Below, in pieces: positions 57,583 through 64,000 of a DNA stretch of 64,000 bases. The notes under the pieces are model-generated. The model had not been told where the DNA came from. It saw only the letters and a list, made by a program, of their open reading frames with translations, and searched no databases. The DNA lies in contig JAZOPN010000054.1 of NCBI GenBank assembly GCA_045655565.1, positions 5,875-69,874 of the forward strand, in the 5' to 3' direction. Both the position numbers and the translations under genes were made by a program. Within the stretch, counting starts at the first letter, position 1, and each line of letters starts with the position of its first letter. Source of the stretch: Eubacteriales bacterium. Lineage in GTDB: Bacteria > Bacillota > Clostridia > Oscillospirales > CAG-272.

Positions 57583-59382
57583 ATGCAAGGCTTGAAGGAA
57601 AATCTGGTTGTTATCATACCTGCGTATGAACCACCGCGCGAGTTTGTTGATTATGCCCGCGAGGTCGCAGGAATGGTTAAAAATCTTGTTGTTGTAAACG
57701 ATGGAAGTGGCGAGAAGTATGATGCTATTTTCGATGAGATTGCATCAATCGACAATGTCCATTATCTTACCTATGATAGAAACCATGGAAAGGGCTATGC
57801 ATTAAAGCACGCCTTTAGCCATTGTATAGAGAATTTCGCGCCGGATACCATTCTTGTCACCGCCGATTGCGATGGACAGCATAAAGTAAAGGACATTGTC
57901 AATGTGTATAAGGCGGCGAATGACCATCCCACAGCCCTAGTGCTCGGCTCTAGAGACTTTACACTGCCGAATGTGCCGAAGCGTTCCCGCGCCGGTAATA
58001 CGCAGATGCGGTGGCAGTTCAAGGCGTTCTACGGCCTCTCGGTCTATGATACACAGACAGGTCTGCGTGGCTTCACCGTCGAGCTTGCGAAATCCTTCAT
58101 TAAGATTAGAGGCGACCGCTTTGAGTTCGAGCTTGGTCAGCTTATCTTTGCGTCTAAAGCAAAACTACCGATATACGAAACTCCAATAGATACCGTCTAT
58201 CCCGATGACCCGACCGAGCATATCTCGCACTTCAAGACCATAAGTGACAGTATGCGCGTGATGGGTGTAATGCTGACAAACCTCGGTTATTATCTCTTGT
58301 CCTCGGTGCTCTCTGCAGTAGTGGATGTCCTGCTTTTCTTTATCCTCTCGGCACTTGTGTTCCCTGAGGTTACCTGGTACTATACGCTAATCGCGACGGT
58401 ATCTGCGAGAGTGACATCCTCGATAATCAACTTTACCTTTAATTATAAATATGTCTTTGGTGGCGCAGGACGTAGCGCGATTATACGCTACTACATACTG
58501 TGGGCGTGTCAGCTGTGCGCCTCGTACGGTATTGCCTCCTTCTTCAGCAAGGTTGTGATGTTTGCGGGTGTTGCGCTCGCTGTTGCTAAGGGAATTGGCG
58601 ACCTTTGCCTTGCTCTTCTATCCTACCAGATACAGCAGCACTGGGTGTTCCGCGGCCGCGACCCGAAGAAATTCTGGGGCCCTGTGGTTGCTAATATGCA
58701 GTCGATTGCACGCCCGTTCTCAAAGAAATACAGATGTAACGTACTACCCTATGATGAGGGCGCGGTGTATGTGTGCCGTCACCTCGATATGCACGGCCCG
58801 ATGACAACGCTGAAGTGGCTACCATTCCATACGCATCCGATGGTATTCTCGCCATTCTTTACCGAGGCAGAGTGCTACCGTCAGTATGCCGACTACACAT
58901 TCACAGTGAGGGTTGGTAAGCCTGCGGGCAAATTCAATATGAAGGCATATCTTGCGAGCCGTGTCGTGCCGAAGCTTGTCAGGTCGATTAAGGCAGTGCC
59001 TGTCTACCGTGGCACAATGGGCGCATATAAGACCTTAAAGCTTGCGGTCGAGCACCTTATAAATAATCAGAGTGTTATCGTATACCCCGACATTGACTAT
59101 GTGGGAGAGGGTGGCGAGAGCGACATCTACGACGGCTTCCTATACATCGGTGAGCTATACAGAAGGCAGACCGGAAAGAGCATTAGATTTATCCCGATAT
59201 ACATCGACGATGAGCGCGCGACAATGACGGCGTATGATGCTGTCTATTGCGATAAATTCAAGGAGGACGCGCCGCGTGCTAAGGAATACCTGATATGTGC
59301 AATCAATGGAAGACCCTATGATTCGGAATATGTCCCCGAGAGTATGCTCCTCGGTAGGAAACCAGAGGATGGAAATAAGTAA
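57583..59382 (+). CDS. Three-domain fusion: GT2 glycosyltransferase + GtrA-like membrane domain + acyltransferase-like C-terminal domain
   Basis: Start taken at MQGLKENLVVIIPAYEPP. GT2 region with ..VVVNDGSG.. and ..TADCDGQH... Four TM helices ending ..YQIQQHWVFR (GtrA-like). A further ~225 aa (..VCRHLDMHGP..SVIVYPDIDY..) is reminiscent of PlsC-type acyltransferases but lacks a canonical HX4D. Confidence 0.7.
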   Translation: MQGLKENLVVIIPAYEPPREFVDYAREVAGMVKNLVVVNDGSGEKYDAIFDEIASIDNVHYLTYDRNHGKGYALKHAFSHCIENFAPDTILVTADCDGQHKVKDIVNVYKAANDHPTALVLGSRDFTLPNVPKRSRAGNTQMRWQFKAFYGLSVYDTQTGLRGFTVELAKSFIKIRGDRFEFELGQLIFASKAKLPIYETPIDTVYPDDPTEHISHFKTISDSMRVMGVMLTNLGYYLLSSVLSAVVDVLLFFILSALVFPEVTWYYTLIATVSARVTSSIINFTFNYKYVFGGAGRSAIIRYYILWACQLCASYGIASFFSKVVMFAGVALAVAKGIGDLCLALLSYQIQQHWVFRGRDPKKFWGPVVANMQSIARPFSKKYRCNVLPYDEGAVYVCRHLDMHGPMTTLKWLPFHTHPMVFSPFFTEAECYRQYADYTFTVRVGKPAGKFNMKAYLASRVVPKLVRSIKAVPVYRGTMGAYKTLKLAVEHLINNQSVIVYPDIDYVGEGGESDIYDGFLYIGELYRRQTGKSIRFIPIYIDDERATMTAYDAVYCDKFKEDAPRAKEYLICAINGRPYDSEYVPESMLLGRKPEDGNK

Positions 59383-59508
59383 TAATCTTTTATAGTGCTA
59401 ATTGGTTGGACGCCCTTTGAACGGGTCATTAACCACCCCTAAATCACGTCCCACACGTATGACTTCTTAAAAGAAATATGGCAAATAATTTTGCCGTTAT
59501 ACAAACAT

Positions 59509-59549
59509 AGAGAGAACAAATCGGCTTATCCGTGACGTTCTCTCTTTTT
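59509..59549 (+). terminator. Terminator after the GT fusion gene
   Basis: AGAGAGAAC-N19-GTTCTCTCT stem followed by TTTT. Confidence 0.65.
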
Positions 59550-59611
59550 CTATCTTCCATATATCTATCTATAATAAGGAAAGAGAGACAGTAATAAATT
59601 ACAAAATAACC

Positions 59612-59640
59612 TTGACAAGTAATAATACATATAGTATAAT
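59612..59640 (+). promoter_or_regulatory. Consensus sigma-A promoter of the citrate-synthase/aconitase operon
   Basis: TTGACA-17 nt-TATAAT (both hexamers perfect), ~165 nt upstream of the ATG at 59808. Confidence 0.65.
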
Positions 59641-59655
59641 AAGGATAAAATATAG

Positions 59656-59667
59656 ATTGTATACAAT
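59656..59667. promoter_or_regulatory. Palindromic operator candidate (GntR-type)
   Basis: ATTGTATACAAT, a perfect 12-bp palindrome 16 nt downstream of the -10. It contains the GT-N-AC core typical of GntR/FadR-family operators, and a GntR gene sits in the operon. Confidence 0.45.
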
Positions 59668-59807
59668 TTGAAGCAGAGGTTTTCCGGGGAGATGAAGTTA
59701 TAGTTGGTGTATTTCACCCAAGTACTCGACACGGGAGGCTGTATTAGCCTTTATCCGGTCAAAACCGCAAAGCATAGTTTCCCCTAAAAATCAAGAAGGA
59801 GAATGTT

Positions 59808-61175
59808 ATGATAGTAAAAAACAAACACACAAATCTATTAGAACAGCACCAGTACCGATACGTTCTGCAGGATGTGGCAGACCCCAATCTGTATCGCGAG
59901 CTGTATCCATACACAGAGATACCTAAGATTGCGTTCAACCATCGTCGCGTACCTATGAGTATGCCCGATGAGATATGGATAACCGACACGACATTCCGTG
60001 ACGGACAGCAGTCGCGCGCACCCTATACCGTAGAACAAATAGTCGATATATATAAGATGCTACACCGTCTCGGCGGCCCTAACGGTAAGATACGCCAGAG
60101 CGAGTTCTTCGTTTATACAAAAAAGGATAAAGAGGCGGCGCTCCGCTGTATGGAGCTAGGCTATGAGTTCCCAGAGGTTACCACCTGGATACGCGCTAAG
60201 CGCGAGGACTTCGAGCTGGTTAAGAACCTCGGTATTCGTGAGACCGGCATTCTTGTGTCATGCTCCGACTACCATATATTCAAAAAGCTTGGTATGACGC
60301 GCAGGCAGGCGATGGACCATTACCTCGGCGTTGTTAAAGAGGCGTTCGACGCCGGCATTCGCCCGAGATGCCACCTAGAGGACATAACCCGTGCCGACTA
60401 TTACGGCTTTGTTGTCCCGTTTGTTAATGCTCTGTCCGACCTCTCGGCAGAGGCAAAAATTCCCGTAAAAATCAGAATGTGCGACACTATGGGTTATGGC
60501 GTTCCCTACTCCGGTACTGCCCTGCCCCGTTGCGTGCCCGGTATTGTCTACGGTCTAAATCACTATGCTGATGTCCCCTCCGAGATGCTAGAGTGGCACG
60601 GACACAACGACTTCTATAAAGGCGTTGTTAATGCTACCACCGCCTGGCTCTACGGATGCTCCGCGGTTAACTGCTCTCTGCTCGGCATTGGCGAGCGTAC
60701 AGGTAATGTTCCGCTTGAGGCTATGGTTATCGAGTATGCATCTATGACAGGCGGTTTCGATGGTATGGATCCTACGGTTATTACGGAGATCGCAGAGTAT
60801 TTCAAGGGTGAGCTAGGATATGATATTCCGCCTATGACACCATTTGTCGGAGGCAACTTCAATGTAACCCGTGCAGGCGTACACGCAGACGGACTGATGA
60901 AGGATGCCGAGATATATAATGTATTTGATACCCAGACCATACTTAACCGTCCCGCCGAGGTTGCTATTTCCAACACATCCGGCCTCGCCGGTATCGCGTA
61001 TTGGATAAATATGCATTACAACCTTCCTGAGTTCCGTAGGGTAACCAAGCAGGATGAAATAGTTGTTCGTGTCAAGGAAGAAATTGACAAGCTCTATGAG
61101 GATGGCAGAACAACACTTGTTAGTGAGGATGAGCTGGTGGCGATTATCGAGAGATATTCCGGAGGCAAACTATAA
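59808..61175 (+). CDS. Homocitrate/2-isopropylmalate-synthase-family enzyme, probably Re-citrate synthase
   Basis: HMGL-like TIM barrel (ITDTTFRDGQQ..HGHNDFY..GIGERTGN). Its operon context with aconitase and isocitrate dehydrogenase fits the clostridial Re-citrate synthase, which belongs to this family. Confidence 0.65.
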   Translation: MIVKNKHTNLLEQHQYRYVLQDVADPNLYRELYPYTEIPKIAFNHRRVPMSMPDEIWITDTTFRDGQQSRAPYTVEQIVDIYKMLHRLGGPNGKIRQSEFFVYTKKDKEAALRCMELGYEFPEVTTWIRAKREDFELVKNLGIRETGILVSCSDYHIFKKLGMTRRQAMDHYLGVVKEAFDAGIRPRCHLEDITRADYYGFVVPFVNALSDLSAEAKIPVKIRMCDTMGYGVPYSGTALPRCVPGIVYGLNHYADVPSEMLEWHGHNDFYKGVVNATTAWLYGCSAVNCSLLGIGERTGNVPLEAMVIEYASMTGGFDGMDPTVITEIAEYFKGELGYDIPPMTPFVGGNFNVTRAGVHADGLMKDAEIYNVFDTQTILNRPAEVAISNTSGLAGIAYWINMHYNLPEFRRVTKQDEIVVRVKEEIDKLYEDGRTTLVSEDELVAIIERYSGGKL

Positions 61176-61828
61176 TGATAAGCGAAAAGGCGAGGTCGAG
61201 AGAGGACGAGGTCTTTATGACACTTGAGGAGGATATCCTCTCCGGCGTCTACAAGAGCGGTGATAGCCTGACAGAGCAACCGCTCTCCTGCCGCCTCGGT
61301 GTATCGAGGACACCCATCCGTGCGGCACTTCGCCGTCTTTCGGATGAGGGACTTGTTGAGCTGATACCCAACAAGGGAGCGGTAGTGGTAGGTGTGACCG
61401 AGCAGGACCTTATTGACACATACAAGATTAGGATGAGACTTGAGGGAATAGCATCGGCTATGGCTACCGAGCGTCTAACAGACGAGGAAAAGGCAAAGCT
61501 TGCTGAGTCGGTCGAGATGTCCGAATACTACATTAGCAGCGGTGATACCGAGAACATCAAGGAGCTGGACACCACATTCCACAGCATTATATATGCTGCT
61601 ACGGGTAACCGTCTACTCTCAAAGATACTCACCGAGCTGCATAGAAATATCAAGGCATACAGGAAGCTGTCCTTGACAGTGCCCGGCAGACTTGAACGCT
61701 CACAGGAGGAGCACCGAGAGATACTGAAGGCGATACTTGACGGTGATGCAGAAAAGGCAGATTTCCTCACATCCCTACATGTAGAGAGGGCTATGAATAA
61801 TATGCTGGTTGCTCTCAAAAAAGCGTAA
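61175..61828 (+). CDS. GntR-family (FadR/FCD subfamily) transcriptional regulator
   Basis: ..LTEQPLSCRLGVSRTPIRAALRRLSDEGLVE.. winged helix plus an all-helical FCD-like C-terminus. The ATG overlaps the upstream stop (TAATG). Confidence 0.85.
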   Translation: MISEKARSREDEVFMTLEEDILSGVYKSGDSLTEQPLSCRLGVSRTPIRAALRRLSDEGLVELIPNKGAVVVGVTEQDLIDTYKIRMRLEGIASAMATERLTDEEKAKLAESVEMSEYYISSGDTENIKELDTTFHSIIYAATGNRLLSKILTELHRNIKAYRKLSLTVPGRLERSQEEHREILKAILDGDAEKADFLTSLHVERAMNNMLVALKKA

Positions 61829-61840
61829 AATATAGGAGAA

Positions 61841-63781
61841 ATGCAAACAATGGCTTACACAATAGCAGAAAAAATCATAAAAGAGCACCTTATCTCGGGT
61901 GATATGGTGCGTGGTAGCGAGGTCGCGCTGAGGATAGACCAGACGCTGACACAGGATGCAACAGGCACTATGGCGTATCTTCAACTTGAAGCTATGGGCA
62001 TAGATAGAGTTAAGACTGAGCTGTCGGTCGCGTATATAGACCACAACACTCTTCAGGCGGGCTTCGAGAACGCCGATGACCACAGATACATACAGACGGT
62101 TGCGAAAAAATACGGAATTCGCTACTCAAGACCGGGTAACGGTATCTGCCACCAGGTACACCTAGAGAGATTTGCTCGTCCGGGCGGAACGCTTATTGGC
62201 TCTGACAGCCACACCCCCACCGCGGGCGGTATGGGTATGCTCGCCTTTGGCGCGGGTGGACTCGATGTCGCGGTGGCTATGGGCGGTGGCGCATACTACA
62301 TCACTATGCCGAAGATGATTAGGGTTAACCTCGTCGGCAAGCTTCGCCCCTATGTATCGGCTAAGGATGTTATCCTTAAGGTGCTTTCGATGCTTGGCGT
62401 TAAGGGTGGCGTTGGCGCGATTGTCGAGTATGGCGGCGAGGGCGTAAAGACGCTCAGCGTTCCCGAGAGAGCGACTATAACCAATATGGGTGCTGAACTT
62501 GGTGCGACAACCTCGATATTCCCCGCGGATGAAACGACTCGTCTATTCCTTGTGGCGGAGGGCAGAGAAAATGTATATATACCTCTATCGGCAGATGAGG
62601 GTGCGGTATATGACGCGGTGTACGAGATAGACCTCTCGGCACTCTCGCCTCTGGTTGCCTGCCCCCATAGCCCCGATAATGTTAAGTCGGTGGACTCTAT
62701 CGCAGGTATGAAGATTAACCAGGTGTGTATCGGCTCCTGCACAAATTCCTCCCTGCGTGATATGCTCACCGTTGCTAAGATGCTAAAGGGCAAGACTGTG
62801 CACCCGGACGTCTCTCTTTCTATATCACCCGGCTCGAAGCAGGTATATACTATGCTTGCAGAGTGCGGTGCTCTCGCTGACATTATCGCATCGGGCGCGA
62901 GAATACTGGAGTGTGCCTGCGGTCCCTGTATAGGTATGGGCTTCTCGCCTAAGTCTGCTGGCATCAGCCTACGTACATTTAACCGCAATTTCTTAGCACG
63001 CTCCGGCACTAAGGACGCTGAGGTGTATCTGGTCAGCCCGGAGGTCGCGGCGGCTTCTGCTGTGGCCGGTGTGTTGGTCGACCCCACAACTCTTACGGGC
63101 GATGCCGAAATAACTATGCCCGAGATGTTCCGCATAAACGATAATATGATAGATATGCCCGCCTCGGTAGAGGATGCCGACGGCGTGGTGGTCGAGCGTG
63201 GCCCGAATATTAAGCCTGTGCCGCGCGGAGAGCGACCGATGGCCGACCTCACATCAAAACTCATACTTAAGGTTGGCGACAACATCACCACCGACCATAT
63301 TATGCCCGCGGGTGCTAAGATACTTCCATTTAGGTCTAATGTGCCGAAGCTGTCGGAGTTCTGCTTCACCGTTTGTGACCCCGAGTTCCCCGAGCGTGCT
63401 CGTAGACAGGGGGGCGGAGTTATCCTCGGTGGCTCTAACTACGGTCAAGGCTCATCGCGTGAGCACGCGGCACTTGTTCCTCTTTACCTTGGTATAAAGG
63501 CGGTTATCGCCAAGAGCTTTGCAAGAATTCATGTGGCTAACCTCATAAACTTTGGCATAGTCCCAATGACACTAGAGTGCGAGGATGACTATGACAAGAT
63601 CAGAGAGGGCGACGATATTGCAATCGAGGGCTTTGGAGAGGCAATAGCCTCGGGCAACTCGGCAACCCTTGTCGACAAGACAAACGGTGCTAGGGTAAAC
63701 CTCATACTAAATCTCACAGAGCGTCAGCGCGCGATACTGCTCTCCGGCGGTCTGCTCAACTACACGCGTGAAAACAACTAA
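61841..63781 (+). CDS. Aconitate hydratase (short, ~640 aa type)
   Basis: ..IDQTLTQDATG..GSDSHT..CIGSCTNSS..CGPCIGMG.. Fe-S ligands and a C-terminal swivel domain (..GSSREHAA..). An alternative start at 61850 has better SD spacing. Confidence 0.88.
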   Translation: MQTMAYTIAEKIIKEHLISGDMVRGSEVALRIDQTLTQDATGTMAYLQLEAMGIDRVKTELSVAYIDHNTLQAGFENADDHRYIQTVAKKYGIRYSRPGNGICHQVHLERFARPGGTLIGSDSHTPTAGGMGMLAFGAGGLDVAVAMGGGAYYITMPKMIRVNLVGKLRPYVSAKDVILKVLSMLGVKGGVGAIVEYGGEGVKTLSVPERATITNMGAELGATTSIFPADETTRLFLVAEGRENVYIPLSADEGAVYDAVYEIDLSALSPLVACPHSPDNVKSVDSIAGMKINQVCIGSCTNSSLRDMLTVAKMLKGKTVHPDVSLSISPGSKQVYTMLAECGALADIIASGARILECACGPCIGMGFSPKSAGISLRTFNRNFLARSGTKDAEVYLVSPEVAAASAVAGVLVDPTTLTGDAEITMPEMFRINDNMIDMPASVEDADGVVVERGPNIKPVPRGERPMADLTSKLILKVGDNITTDHIMPAGAKILPFRSNVPKLSEFCFTVCDPEFPERARRQGGGVILGGSNYGQGSSREHAALVPLYLGIKAVIAKSFARIHVANLINFGIVPMTLECEDDYDKIREGDDIAIEGFGEAIASGNSATLVDKTNGARVNLILNLTERQRAILLSGGLLNYTRENN

Positions 63782-63809
63782 TTTAGAATAAAAAGGATGG
63801 ACTATTAAA

Positions 63810-64000
63810 ATGAATATTAATAATTCTCTTGATATAGCCCTCGAGAAGTTTAGAAAAATACTCGAGGCGCAGTTGGTTAGGATTGAGGATATGAAGTCGC
63901 AGGGTGACTTTGTGGACTATGGCGCACTTGATAAAATCAAGATTGGCGTGTGTGGTGGAGACGGCATCGGCCCAACGATTACCGCGGTTGCAAGACAGGT
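63810..64000 (+). CDS. icd: Isocitrate/isopropylmalate dehydrogenase family protein (likely isocitrate dehydrogenase), 5' part only
   Basis: ATG after AAAAGGATGG. ..IKIGVCGGDGIGPTI.. is the family N-terminal motif. Context after aconitase. Truncated by the window end. Confidence 0.65.
   Translation, partial: MNINNSLDIALEKFRKILEAQLVRIEDMKSQGDFVDYGALDKIKIGVCGGDGIGPTITAVARQ

Overview
This is an origin-proximal chromosomal segment of a spore-forming Firmicute. It looks Clostridia-like, with genes at roughly 50% G+C by eye. It is almost entirely housekeeping.

Genes run mainly on the minus strand up to ~43.9 kb. In order they are:
- a partial GT4 glycosyltransferase, an AraC regulator and a GDPD phosphodiesterase;
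- a flavin/Rnf block: Gx-transporter, NusG-II protein, rnfCDGEAB, apbE and an FMN_bind-like lipoprotein;
- guaB, a cyclophilin, holA, a DUF1934-like protein, an MGS-like protein, pfkA (+) and a CaCA antiporter;
- a spoVM small ORF missing from the ORF track;
- hrcA-grpE-dnaK-dnaJ with CIRCE, then rny (+);
- a divergent AbrB/XRE pair, then PPTase-RNase J;
- gyrA-gyrB-remB-recF-dnaN-dnaA, with a degenerate DnaA-box cluster in the dnaA-dnaN spacer;
- spoVAC-AD-AE.

After that come alaS (+), a small SLOG+XRE cassette bracketed by 58-bp direct repeats, mnmG, ymdB, a permease and parA-parB. A 1.6-kb AT-rich non-coding island with two parS palindromes follows. The window ends with a plus-strand block: a histidine phosphatase, a GT2-GtrA-acyltransferase-like fusion, and a Re-citrate-synthase-like/GntR/aconitase/IDH operon.

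I saw no rRNA, tRNA, CRISPR, transposase, integrase or recognisable defence genes, and no large novel multi-gene system. The most unusual signals are:
1. a strongly over-represented DNA word, GGGCGTGTC;
2. the repeat-bracketed SLOG/XRE cassette;
3. the AT-rich parS island;
4. a 117-bp tandem repeat downstream of rnfB with compensatory-looking substitutions;
5. a three-domain glycosyltransferase fusion.

All family calls come from my reading of the translations and remembered motifs. No database search was run.
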